A DNA stretch of 64,000 bases from positions 1 to 64,000 of the forward strand of contig NMRA01000777.1 in NCBI GenBank assembly GCA_002633005.1. The letters are read 5' to 3'. A program made the position numbers and the translations under genes. Below, one piece after another: positions 27,061 through 40,590 of this stretch. Numbering within the stretch: the stretch's first letter is position 1; every line of letters begins with the position of its first letter. This stretch comes from Phoronis australis (taxonomy: Eukaryota; Animalia; Phoronida). The notes under the pieces were generated by a model. That model saw only the letters and a list, made by a program, of their open reading frames with translations, did no database searches and was not told the origin of the DNA.

Positions 27061-27449
27061 CTTCGGTTATTAAGATGCACTCAGTGTTGCAGTTATACCG
27101 AAAACAAAGCCCGGGTAATAAAACACTGTATTTGGATTTCATGCGCATGCGAAATTACCGGCATGCCTTAAGAATACGAAAAATGAATAGGCCTGCGAAC
27201 TTGCATTTCTAAAAGAGAATGAAGTTGGAATATTGAATTATCAACCGCGATACTGTCAAATGTACGTATTGCCAAACACCACTCGGGCGAAGTTGGACGG
27301 GTACAGCCCGATGATTACGTTATTGTGTGAAGCACTTCGAATCAGAATTCAAAATTATTACTAACCTGGTCATCATTGTAGTTAGTTGTACGAGTAGCTG
27401 CAACAATTTTGTTGTTGTCGTCCTTCTATATGCCATCTTTAACGGAGAA

Positions 27450-29220
27450 GCTGGGGCTGGACCTTTTCCGCGGGGGGTCAATCGAACCTTCCGAACCCTC
27501 CCCCCCCCAACAAGGAACATCCAAATCATAAGCGACTCAAGGAACCACTTAAAAGTTTATTGCGTTATATTTACATATACAGTATAAATGTGCTCCAAAA
27601 TTGAGCGTACACCACGTGATTGTTAGAAATGATATGAGTGTGTGACGATTCCGCATATTTTGAGAATGAAAACTTGTAACTTGTTGGCACTCTAATATAC
27701 ATCTTTCGAAAATAAATATTTTCATGCTCTACTGTCCACTTGCATGCAAAACGCTTTACCTAATTTTTCATCAAGATGGACGAAAAATCGTTGTTCATCA
27801 GGCGGCGCCATGTTGACCAAGATAAGAACTTACATTCTGAGAACACCATGCGGAAAGAATTCATTTTTCGTCTTTAAAGTAACCACTGAGGTCAAAAGTG
27901 CCACTCTGGATCAAATGCTTCAAACTGCAATGAACTATGACTTTATCAAATTGTNNNNNNNNNNNNNNNNNNNNNNNNNNNNNNNNNNNNNNNNNNNNNN
28001 NNNNNNNNNNNNNNNNNNNNNNNNNNNNNNNNNNNNNNNNNNNNNNNNNNNNNNNNNNNNNNNNNNNNNNNNNNNNNNNNNNNNNNNNNNNNNNNNNNNN
28101 NNNNNNNNNNNNNNNNNNNNNNNNNNNNNNNNNNNNNNNNNNNNNNNNNNNNNNNNNNNNNNNNNNNNNNNNNNNNNNNNNNNNNNNNNNNNGCTGGGGC
28201 TGGACCTTTTCCGCGGGGGGTCCATCGAACCTTCCGAACCCTCCCCCCCTCCCCAACAAGGAACATCCAAATCATAAGCGACTCAAGGAACCACTTAAAA
28301 GATTATTGCGTTGGGGCATTTGAAGATGGCGCACTGAACGGAGTGTTTAACCCCCAAAGCAATCGATCAAAGGACACGTCGCCGCTGTTAAGCTTTCAAT
28401 CAAATTCTTAATGGAAGCGCTTTGACGTTTAAAAATTACCATGGTCATCCGGCGACTCGAATTCATCCCGAGTTGCTCATCCTGGACCGTTTTTTCTCGA
28501 GTCGCTGATTGTTTCGATGTTCTTGTTGGCAACGGAAACAAATAGAACAGTGTCACAGTAAAGAATATTATGAGACCGATTTATGAGAGTTAACTGCTTC
28601 ATTTATTTTCGTTTTTATTGCCAGAAGGGCGGGAAATTGTGGCTTCAAGAATTCAACATACTAGCTTAACAGCGGCAAAATGAACTTTTAAAATACTAAA
28701 TAATTGTAGAAAATAGACTTTGATAATAAGTATATGCCACGAACACGTGAATATTGTAGCGTCTTTCGGATCAATACAGAAACTTTCAGACTATATATGA
28801 AATTAACTTTTATCCCTAAGATCTCGGCTCTATATATACATATACAGTATAATTGTGCTCCTAAATTGAGCGTACACCACGTGATTGTTAGAAATGATAT
28901 GAGTGTGTGACGATTCCGCATATTTTGAGAATGAAAACTTGTAACTTGTTGGCACTCTAATATACATCTTTCGAAAAATAAATATTTTCATGCTCTACTG
29001 TCCACTTGCATGCAAAACGCTTTACCTAATTTTTCATGAAGATGGACGAAAAATCGTTGTTCATCAGGCGGCGCCATGTTGACCAAGATAAGAACTTACA
29101 TTCTAAGAACACCATGCGAAAAGAATTCATTTTTCGTCTTTAAAGTAACCACTGAGGTCAAAAGTGCCACTCTGGATCAAATGCTTCAAACTGCAATGAA
29201 CTATGACTTTATCAAATTGT
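27450..29220. repeat. Gap-flanking duplicate (27450-27954 vs 28192-29220) differing by a ~520-bp indel
   Basis: Near-identical copies with a few SNPs. The second copy has extra sequence at 28313-28831. Confidence 0.85.
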
Positions 29221-30724
29221 TTGAAGAGTATTTAGAGAAAGAATGCTTTGCCTTTTTTCTACGGAAATGCAGACGAGCGGCGGAAATGACATCACCGACT
29301 GAAATTTGTAGCTGAAAATGGAACACTCACAACAGCGGACATGTCACATGTCGTGCATTAATGTCATTGTTTGTGTTTTATCTCAATAATTTGACATTTG
29401 ACATATTGATTAAAAACGAAATTTCAGAAAAGCAAGGTGTGTCACGCTATTTTTGTCATTGAACCAATTTATTATACAAACAGTGAGTTATTATATTTAG
29501 ATATGATAATGTCCAATCGTTCTTTGTCCTTCTATTTTTTGCATGTTTGATGTATACACATTTGCTAATTAAATATAGACATTTTGTTATGCAGGTCTTA
29601 CTGTCAGACCAGTTTTTGATTGATGTAAGATAAAATGGGAATATCCCGCTTACAATTCAAGGTTAAAAAGTTACATGGCTAGATCAAGCGATTTTAAGAT
29701 TTAGTTTTAGTATAAGTATCTCATGATACAGCGTATACTTCAAATTATACACGAAAGTCCTACCCTAAACTATCTTTAAATCATCAAACCTCTCCTGTTT
29801 TTCGGTGTCAGAAACGAGTTACATGTATGTCATTTCGTTCTCGTACTTTGTCTGAAAACAAAATTGGAACGAAAAACGCCCTGTGCTCCATAATTACCAC
29901 ATAGCTTAAACGGCTGTAAGTAACCCGCCGTGACAAGCAAATCAAATGAGGGTGGTCTGGGCCAACAGCGTATTGTCGTTTCTTCTCAGTCTAGGAATAA
30001 GTTATTGTCGGAGTTTGGTGCAAAATGAAACCAATTTTATCAATCGAAAGTTGTTTTTGGCAGAAGACATGGTTTTATTACACCTTTAATTCTCAAGCAC
30101 TGTCGAACATTTCATTGCTCTTTGCTCGTTCTGTGTGGCCACCATACAGGTAAGGTATGCGATTTCAAAGGTAGGGTATAGTTAATTGAATAATGGATGA
30201 TCACAGAAATTTAGCGATAGGTCGATCGAAAGATTACAACCGCTTATTACGTTATGCAGCATTTCAAGGAACATTCTTAGTACGTGCGAATTGCGCCTGT
30301 AAATAGATTCAACCCTAGTTCTATCAAGAGGTGTTTCAGACGCAGTATCGTGGGCCACACACACAAGACCTAAGGATGCACACAAGACATAATTACATTA
30401 AAGGCAACATTAAAGTCCTACACAACGTCTGCTAGAGGTTATTATTCAACTTGAAAGTCTAATTATATCACGCTATTAACACTGTAATTAGTAAAGGCGG
30501 TTGCACTGGATATCCTTTGTGCCAGGTGGCCCCAAATGGCCGATACCCACTGAAGGCACAGTTAAAAAAAAACAGCGCAGTGATTATGGAGTATAATGGA
30601 ATTTTAATCGCCCCTGTTTACTTTTGTTAAGTGATCGATTTCCCAATTGCTAAAATTGCCGTAACACAATCCTTAGTGTCCTCGGCATGCTCGTTTGTGC
30701 AAAATATTATCCTGTTTGCCATGA

Positions 30725-30745
30725 TGACGTCACTGTGTATATAAA
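30725..30745 (+). promoter_or_regulatory. Candidate core promoter: palindromic CRE followed by a TATA box
   Basis: TGACGTCA at 30725-30732 and TATATAAA at 30738-30745, oriented toward the neurotrophin exon. Confidence 0.45.
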
Positions 30746-31558
30746 TATAACTGAAAACAATGACCAGCGAGTTATTGGGTTCTACAGAAAACTCACTATA
30801 AATATCGATATACTCTGCAGCAAAAACAGATGTTGAGCGAGCGCTGCTCGTATTGCTTAAGGTGAAGTTACCACGTCCTGCTGTCTTAGTCGTCTGCTAA
30901 CAAATATCCGGAAACAAAAGGAAGTGCTTGGAATGTTTCAATAGCCAATCAGAAGGCTGCGTTATTGACTAGTTTCGGCTTAGCTATCTGTTGCTAGGCT
31001 GGCTACTGTAGGAATGTGGTAAACTATTACAACACGCGACAAACAGCAGTCGCACTTCTTTCCGTGTGCATGTGGTCATATCGGCACTAAAAAATTCGGG
31101 TGTAAGTTCTCCATGGTGTATGCCAACAACAATCGTTCAAAAAAGAACGCGATTCATCTTGGATAACCTTGTTGCGAACAAGAACGAGTGGCGTTATCAG
31201 ACAGTTTTGCAGTATTGAACATGCTATAACATGCTTATAATGAAAATGCATGTTGCTTCAAACCATTTGAAAAGGGAATGGATAACCAGGAGGAAAACAT
31301 TGCGAATGTACTAAATATCGTTTTGAGAAGAAAGTGCTGGAAACTACACCTTCGAAAAAGTCAACTGGTCGCATCAACTGCCGGTGCAGAGTGGAATTTC
31401 GTATTCATTAATAACTGATCGGACAGGACTTGCTTACTGATCGCGGCGCTCGTCACGATTAAAGCTCATAAGCAAGCAAAATTCTTCAGTACAAAGAAAG
31501 CATTCCGTCGACAGAACATCGGTGAGAGTTCGACCTGGCGTCACTGCTTTAACAGGCA

Positions 31559-31567
31559 ATGGTAAGT
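31559..31567 (+). other. Candidate neurotrophin 5' exon A end (ATG|GTAAGT donor)
   Basis: gcaATG followed by the consensus donor GTAAGT. Phase 0, in frame with the acceptor at 44263. Confidence 0.5.
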
Positions 31568-32838
31568 AACACGTAACCTGGAGCTTTATCTTTTAATTAC
31601 CCATGGTGCCATTCATTGTCTTAAATTTACACGTGCTAAGAAAATTACATGATTTACGTAACATGCAGACATGTACCTAAATTGTTTAAGGGGCTCATTG
31701 TTTACTTTCGAGATTGCTAAGGTTTCTTTGATTGAGATAAAGATATTGACGTTTGGTACAAACGCATAATTATTAGCGGAATGGTGACGTAAGGTGTGTG
31801 GTAATCTCTAAGAGAACAGTATGATTTCCCTCCGATATTCACAAAACATGGATTCGAAAGGCAGTGTTGCAGCTGTCAGTCCTGTGTATCGATACCACAA
31901 TGAAGCGGTATTAATATCGCTAAACGGATTATCCTGCTGAAGCTGGCGTCAAGAGAGGTATTAAAATACCTCATAAACGCATGAACAAGGCGTGAAATTT
32001 GACATCTTTGCCTTAAAAAGGTATGTGCATTGCTAAGCGTGGCAGTGATTACGTTAGGATTCCGGTGGATTCCGTGGCGAATCTTTTATGACAATCATAA
32101 TTCTGCAACATTTGCAAGAGCGAATTCCAAGCGTTAAAAGGCCCATTTAGTACATGTTTACAGGACACTCTAGCACTTGCAGTGCTCAGTGTGGTGACAA
32201 TAGCGACAACAAACATGACGAACAATACACATTGAGAGAGCTGCCAAGAATTCCCGTTAATTTGGTTCAGCCCGTGCATGTGACTATTGACCGGTGACGC
32301 TGCTCACACGCTGGTCAGTTGACTGACAGGTTTACCTTGTCGAGGTGCTGGTATTCCCGGGGGTCAATCAGCTCGGACCTACTGTCGGGTCAGGCAGGTG
32401 TATCAAAACAAGCGTCATTTTCCCCGAAAAAATTCCCTTCCACATGCACAAACATTGAATGACTACACGGCAACCTGTCAACTGACAACAAACCCAGCAT
32501 GGTTTGACAGAAAACAAGAAATTGTCATTACTGTTTGTTTTCGTATAAAAGTGACATTTTACACTGAAGTGGAAAGTCGTTCCAGTAACTGGTATTATTC
32601 AGCATCCGTTTAAATAAACACCTGAGAACGAAGCTAGCTGCAATTTACCCGCGGAATTAAATAAGCATAATTTTAAGAATGATAACGCGTAAAACTTGAT
32701 TCTAATAGCCGTTGCTAACGAAACAGTTATGCATTTGGCAGAAGAGTTGGGTTAAATTTTGACTTGACGTTGTCATTTCGGTGATCAGTACTGTAGAATT
32801 AACTTCCCTTTTGGGACATGCTAACTCTGGGTCTAATT

Positions 32839-32839
<1 letters not shown>

Positions 32840-32901
<62 letters not shown>

Positions 32902-32958
32902 GTAATAGTAATAGTAATAGTAATAGTAATAATAATAATAATAATAATTATAATAATA
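32840..32958. repeat. (AAT)n/(AATAGT)n microsatellite
   Basis: Directly visible trinucleotide run. Confidence 0.97.
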
Positions 32959-35778
32959 TTGCTATTGATTATGACTGCCATAATAGCACTGAGCTACGAA
33001 ATCACGTGCAATTTTTCTTTTTCACTGATAAACCTAGAGTTGTTTATCCTGATTTCTTTCACTGGATTAAAACGATCTTCTTTTATTTCTTTTAATGTCA
33101 CAAATTAGGAATATTTTATAAATCTTTGCAAACAGTGCCGTTTTATATAAATTACCCCTTTAACGGAACGTCAACGCCCCTTTGTCAGTTTTGCTTGTGA
33201 TAAGCGTATTTTAGAGACCCTGTGTCGCTTGTTTGGCGATCTTCAAGCCGATAGGTGATTTAAGATATTAGAATATTTGTTTACAAATGATTACATCGTG
33301 TTTAGATTACACACAATGTTTGTACCGTTAACCTTGATCTGTGCGACGAATATAGCGTCAAACAATTAGCGTTAACAGGGCTTTATTTCTTGAATTCAGC
33401 ACGGCCAAACTATCACTAGTGGCCGAGACGCACAAGAATTACACGTCTATTGTTAAAACTGTTAAGTTACTATTGTTACATAACCCCCGCATAACTCCGC
33501 ATTGGCGCAACCTGACACCCTGTGCGCGGACTTCTTTCAGTCGTGTATTTTTCTATCACGGATTCTCAGTGGTGGTTATCAAAAGGTGACGGTCGGGGGG
33601 ACAAAAGCAAGGTGGACGGCCGGTGCATCGCGGTTGAACATGGAATGTCGGCGCTAAGTTGTTACTAAAACACACATCCATCCTTCTATAAGTAAATACT
33701 TGGCCAAATCTGGCTTCCCTTCGTGAAAAACTCGAGTATTTTGACTTACTCCGAAGATCCGCTTAAAGTGGTGTGCGACTCGAAGGTGTGCATTCCAATC
33801 CAAGAAATCTTTTCTCTGGAGACACGTAAATAGGAATTGTTAAGTTCGAATAAACATCGCAATAAACGTAAGTGGATTAAAATTTGGCGGATTTTCTGCA
33901 ATATCCTCAGGCTGTTTTTCTAGCTCTCAGTCACAGCTGCATGCGACGGAAGTACGATCTGAAATAATGAACTCTGTAAGCCTCCCTCGACACAGGTCTC
34001 CTTACAAAAGAGCAGTCTGGTAATATGTACCGAGGACGGACATCATCGCACAAATTGTATTTTCCGTTGTTGATGACAACTACCCGCCCTTGGCTGGAAG
34101 CATGAAATTTATACAATGGGTAGCAATACTGCTATTGCCGAGTAGCGCATTTGGCGACATGCAACAATCAAACCTATCCAGTTGATAAGTTTTGAAATTA
34201 TTTGCAACCCAGATCAACAAATTGCATCGTCATAAATTCAAAACTCAAGTATTTTCACAGCGAAAGAGAATTTTCAGTGACTACCACGTAGTACGTTGAC
34301 GCATACGACCACCGCTCCACGCTGCGGTTGTTTTTATCTCAGAGCCTGGGTTTATTTCAAACTTAATGTCGGTATCAATATCTTTTCATGTGACAATAGC
34401 TTAAGACATACTAGAAGAGGAATTCCTGTGTTATTGACTTTGCGGAGTCAATTTCTCTCAATCGCCTGTTTTAATAACAAACGCCCGGCAAGACTTGAAG
34501 TAATCAAACTATGAAACGCCTGTCAACAGGTTAAAATCCCCTTAGATATGTGAACTATGCTCTCACGGTTAACAAAAAAGCCAGGCTTCTACGATTTCCT
34601 AAAACGTTTTATTGCTTGCGTCGAGAAGACTGTTTTCGTGTATTGTGGCAGACTGAATTTCACGAACAAAACGTCCGACCTACTAAGTATATTTACTATA
34701 CAAGAGGAAAACTTGTGATTGCTACGGTTTATTTTAGATATCAAAGTTCACCTTCTAAACATTAAAACAGCATTTTGTGACAGACTGAATTTCACGGACA
34801 AATGTCGAATATCACAGTTGACTTCCAAAACACTGAAACAGCACTTAGTACCAGCTTGGTCACAAGAAAGAAAAATATACATGATGACACGTTCGGTTAC
34901 TGTTTCCTTTACTGTTTTATACGCCACTGAGCGCACTGCCCAGAAACACCAAATAAATATCAGATCTCCGATTGCCTTGACACAGAAAATCAGCCGTTAC
35001 TCGGAAATAAATTGTCACATGTCAAATACCTATTGAAAGAAAAATATGTTTATACCAACAGGGCACTCTGTAACTGTTTATTTTATATCTTATGTAAAAT
35101 TGGCTAAACTCTAAATCCTGCCGAAGCTTTCAGCCTGCACCCCTCGGGGTTCTAGCTCCGGGCGATAGTAGATTCGAAAACGCTGACGGATCGACGGATA
35201 CACTTGAAACTTAACACTCCAAATATTTTCGTTTTAATCTAGACATTCGGTAAATATAACTATCCAGCAAGTCACGCCGTAAGTATTTCATAGATTCTGT
35301 CACGGTGTTGACTGGGTATTTTCTGCACGTGTGAACTCAGTTCTATACAGTGGTTGAGTTAGAAAAATGAACTTGTTTTTTAATTAATGAGCTAAAAGTT
35401 TCGTGTTCTTATACATTATATAATTTGTAACTAAAAATTCCCTTCGTATGAATCTTTGCTATTCCCTTTGATGGAGAAACAAATATGCATGAAATGAAAA
35501 ACATATTTTTCAGCAATCGTTCGATCATAAATAATCGAAATACTTCGTATATTGCTACTTTCCTTTTGTGAACGTGTTTTGTTTGGTCGAAAAGAATTTC
35601 AACTTGTTTTGTATTTCCACAAAGACGTTTAACGCTCGGTTAGTTTTTTGAAATTTGTGTAGAAAGGAGCGCCAAGACCAAGGCGGGCTTGTTTCATTTT
35701 TTTGTATTTCAGATAACATCTGCCACGTTAACATTTTTGAAATGCTTGTTTATTATTTACGCATTTACTCGAGTGTCT

Positions 35779-35871
35779 TATAAAATAGAAATTAATGAGT
35801 CTGTTGGCAGACTTTTTATTCAACCAGACGCGTAGGTGTGCTGCGGACATACGTATCAGCAGATGGTAAGA
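35779..35871 (+). other. Candidate neurotrophin 5' exon B (TATAAAA ... ATG|GTAAGA)
   Basis: TATAAAA at 35779-35785; ATG at 35863-35865 immediately followed by GTAAGA. Phase 0. Confidence 0.35.
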
Positions 35872-38800
35872 ACAATCGATGCGGCTATTTTTTATAAAGG
35901 AGCTCAAGAACACATAACAAGAAAATGTGCAAATCGTCTAAGATGACATCAAAACACCGAATGATGCGTCACAGCCAGAATAATGTTCATTTTTATTTGT
36001 TTTCAAGATAGTGTTTTTTTAATCAGAGTCACTTTTGTTCGTGTATAGTGGTTTATCCGTTGGTTGCCCGTCTCGCGTTATACTTAGCCCTCCAGTGTCC
36101 GCTAATGGCACAAATTAGCGTCGCCTCACTTGAACGCTTGTAAACAATCTGTTTCGCCGCTGCAGATTCTTTAATTGCTAAATTCTGTGAACGGTTTTCA
36201 TTTTTGTGGTTCAGGGATAGCTGTTCTTTCATTCACTAAAAAACGTGTGACATACTGACGCACAGTTACAAGGTGTTGGAATGTCTTGAATGGTTTTCAA
36301 TTGGTGACCAGCAAGTGCAGCGGGTATTTATTCCATAGTTGATGTTACGTAACGGAAATGTCACAATGACGTCCGCAAGACGTGCAGCAAACGGAAAATG
36401 TCTGTTTTATCATTCTGCTAAAGTCTGATCGCGAACGTGGCGTTTGGCTGAAAAAATTAGGGATTTGAAACGTAGTTTTCGGGATTGACAACGTTATCTG
36501 ATTTTTAAGAGACGAATGAATAATCCAACCGCTTTGAAACGTTACCTGGCAACACGAAGAAGTGGTATATGAATGACCGCAATAACAGTTCCTGGGACAA
36601 ATTGAAGAAGTCAAATCCTTGATACAATGTACTCTTACAGCGCTGTTTCTGAGACCTTCACTCGGTTTCAAACGGATGGGTTTCATTTCATTAAGCGCAT
36701 AGTTTTGCACCCACCCCCGCCGTATCACCCGAGATGAGTGTCAGTTACTCCGCAAATGAGGCGAGGGTGGTTATTGTTGGAATAGACAATATTAGACCAT
36801 AACTTGATAGACAACCTGCTTTTCAAAATGCCATTAGACCGAATATTTTTCCTTACAGCTAATTTCCTCTTAAATTTGTAAAGCTAATTTCTCTTGTCGC
36901 TTCTCCTCTTATCGCTTTTGAAAATATACCTTTGATAAAAGTGCTGTCAAACAGATTTCTGTTATAATTTTTTAGCAAGTAGTGAGAAAGGAAGTATTTC
37001 TGTTGCTGTAAAAGTTAATTTATTTGGTACCCGAGCATCAACCTTCATGGAATACTTTTGAACCTTTTCTTTTTTAAGATTGTTTGATTCATCGTTTTTT
37101 GACACGATAAGTAAAATCAAATGTCTGTCGTATTGTGTTGTGGCAAGACCGAGCACTAAACGAAAGGCACAGTAGACTAGCGTGCACTTTACAAGAGACC
37201 TTCGTCCAAAACCTTCGTTGCATTCCATGACGTAAGACACTCACGAGTAGAGCTAGCGTTATCGCGCCCTTTGCTTGTGATATCTCGCGAATTCATGCGT
37301 GAACTTCCGTTTTTCACGAAGTTCTTCCTTGCGTCTACGCGACACAGTCCTTGTCTTCATTACTGTGGTTGTTTGCTCTATAAATTACTCTATTTACGTA
37401 CCTCATTACCCAAACATACGCCGAGTTGGTATGGGCAATTGTGGGTGGATTATCAAAAAATCAATTGCTAACTTTGTTTGCAATGCATATTTCAGAAGCT
37501 CTGACGAAAAAACAAATCCTTAAGATTAACAATCGATTGATTAGACACCCTTTAATTTCATTGGAAAATTTGCATTGTCATTACCACGACACTGTGGGTG
37601 TGTGAATGACCTTACGTGTCAGGAAATTTGATGAATAGTGTGTGATATTTTGAATAAGTCTTTCTCTTTATCGCATTATTCTTTTTACTTTAACGCAACC
37701 GATTGCAAGAAAACTTAACATGGATGGCCAATATTTTTAAAATGTGAATATTGTAACTCCTATCTCGCTTTCTAATTGGCAAAGAATTTTTAAACCACAA
37801 TGACTTCATGGCGACATCTCTTAAAAGGATTGTGTCGCGGGATTGACAATTTTCCAAGTGCAGACTGGCTTACGAATGCCGCTTGGTCAAACCACAAATA
37901 CCGTACTTTAACACTACCGCAATATCAAAAACAACTTTGCGAGATCCTCCTAAATGCTCTCTACTATTCAATTTTCTTCTTTTTAAGATCTGTATTAAAC
38001 ATATTCTTGCTTGTTTTAGGATTTTGAAATCGTCAAAGAAGATGGAAAACTGGCAGCCTTGCCAAGCTAATTTTAGTTGCGGTTGCCACGTTGTTTGTGG
38101 TTTCACGGAAAATTCACATGCCAATCTCTCCTCTATACCGCTGAATTGAAAACAATCCCTCAAAAACCTTGCACAAAAATTTGGTGATCAAGATGCAGTT
38201 CGAAATAGGGTACAAGGAGCTCGCGTGTGGAAGACAGCGATCCTTAACTGAGTTGTTCATGAATCGGTTTGTATGAGGAAAATGGAAACAGAAGATTTGG
38301 TAGTGTCTCTAAGCTACACTTATTGGAAAACAGATACGTGAAACGATTAGGCGAATTCTCGACCTCTAAATTACGGAACCTTGTAAATTTCAGCTCGCGA
38401 TATCTTAGTTACATTGAGCGCTGTCTTTTTGTAATGCGACTGTTACCTTGGAACACCATCTGCTTTTCAAAGTGGCGAGTGTTGAATGTTTTGATTTTAT
38501 TTTGAAATCTTTGCAAAAACGTCGAGTCGGGAATTAGCACTTCTTGCATTCAATGATTATACTGTGGTTGGAAAAAAGCTCTCAAGTGTTATTTTTGGCT
38601 AATAAACCTCTTCGTGCCATTTATCTTACTTTGAAGTTGGCCGTTTTCGACCGGGTCCCACTGATTCCGCGCTCAATCTAACTTAATAAGGTCACTGGCC
38701 AAGTGTGACATGTATTACTGGGACGACATTCTAAAGATTCCTCTTCGAGATTCATATTCTTGCATTAAATATGGGCTTTATTATTATTCACTGAAATAAA

Positions 38801-39200
38801 CAACATACCGTCTGTAAACAAGTCAATTACTATAATTACTAGCCGTCACGAGAATTAATCGATCTTAACCATATTGAATAAACCCATATGGGTTCAAGCG
38901 CTTGCTTGCTCGTTCATCCTACTAAATACTCGTGTTAATCTGTTTTCGTTAGAGTGTTTTAACTGTTGACTTAGTCAGTCACTATCCTGTTCAGTAATAA
39001 GAAATGAGTGTTTGACTTATTGTTTGATCTTCTGATCGATTTACACAAGCAAGTACCCATGACAGAATATCTTGTTTTTGTGTTTATATGTTTGTCTTCA
39101 AGGACACGCCTTTAGTTACCGGTGGCATAATTAACTTAAATTTGCTGTTCAACTTTTGAAGAGTATGCCATTTCGATGTGACATGTCAGATCAGTTTCTT

Positions 39201-39212
39201 ACCATGGTAAGT
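39201..39212 (+). other. Candidate neurotrophin 5' exon C end (ACCATG|GTAAGT)
   Basis: Kozak-like ACC-ATG (39204-39206) followed by the consensus donor GTAAGT. Phase 0. Confidence 0.5.
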
Positions 39213-39409
39213 GATCGAAGTTCACTTAATGCTATTCTCGGACACTGTTAAAGGGAGACTTTGTAGAATGGCAAAGCAATAGCTAGTGTATAAAAACATG
39301 ACATGTGCGTCACATGTCACGTTAGGCTAAAACAGGCTATCTAAAGCGTGCACTTTGACTCAGGTAAACTGGCTTGAAAATAGCACTAACGAGATAGTTT
39401 ATCTTTTAC

Positions 39410-40590
39410 GCTAAACTTGGGTATCGTACCACTGCGCCCAAGGCAGATATACACATGTGGGCGCATATCGTCGTCACTATTTGGCGTCCCGTGTCCCGCG
39501 TCCCGTGTCCTGAGGCCGAACGGCGTCCACAGCTCTACCTCTAAACAGTTTGCATGATTCTTTGTGAATTTTGTCAAGTATGCTCCTATGAACGTGACGA
39601 CCGATGACAACAATTTTCGAAAGCATGCAACTGTGCCCTCTGGTGATAATTTCATTTTTACGTTTTCTTCTGTATCTACCATACTCCTTGATAGATTAGT
39701 ATAAGATTTGGCAAATCATTTTTACTCGTTAAGGAGACGACGACACCTTTCCAATTTCGGACGTACTGTGACATCTCTCTACGGCCATTTTTTCCGAATC
39801 TTTTAACGTCAGCCTTTCCATAGGCCGAGGCACTCGAACCATCATAAATGGCAAAGTGAACACATTGAAGAGATCGGCTAACGTTGATTTGAGTCCGATT
39901 ACTATGGAGCCTCTTAGTGGCATTTTTGTTGCTGCCTCAAGTTTCATGAAATTCCTTGATGGAACTTCATGAAATTTCATATATTATCATAAATGTTTTA
40001 TTGAGGACTAAGCACGGGACGAATCTGACTACTGTAGCGTCCTCATAATGGCCGGTACGTTCCTGTGAAGGAGATGGCAGTACCTACTAGTTACAGACGG
40101 ATGCCATATTCTTTCCACATCTCTTTTTGGCTTCCCCCCCACCACTTCCTATCCGCCAAGCCCCGTAAAGAATCTCCACTGGTGAAAGTTGGTGTTCCTG
40201 TTGAGGAGAGCTTGGCCGACATTGAGTTTCGGACAGATCTACTGTGACGTTTCCTAGTGGTAATTTTGGTTTTCTTTGCTCAGTGCTGTCTCATTATCTG
40301 CCAAATTTTTTGACGGCCTTCATGAAATTTGGTGCATCTTATTTTATTGAGGAAAGCTGGTGTTAATTTTCACTGATATCAGTTCTGTGGCACCCCCTAG
40401 TGGAAAATTGTCATCCCGTCTGCCTTAATATCTACCAAGATCTTAGATGGATCTTCTTGAAATTGGAAAAGTGTGTTCGTAATATGAGTTAATTTTCTAA
40501 AATATTCCACTACCATGGAAGTGTTTAAAAATGAGCAACTCTTACATCTTTACCGCTTGTGATAAACACGGTGGGCGAATGAGTCTTATA
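39410..40590. mobile_element. Probable old non-autonomous element (HINE/DINE-like)
   Basis: Degenerate GTCC-type repeats near the 5' end (GGCGTCCCGTGTCCCGCGTCCCGTGTCC) and recurring TTCATGAAATT motifs. Boundaries approximate. Confidence 0.4.

Noticed and set aside
32781-33108. Poly-Asn and poly-Ile ORFs
   Set aside because: Translations of the (AAT)n microsatellite.
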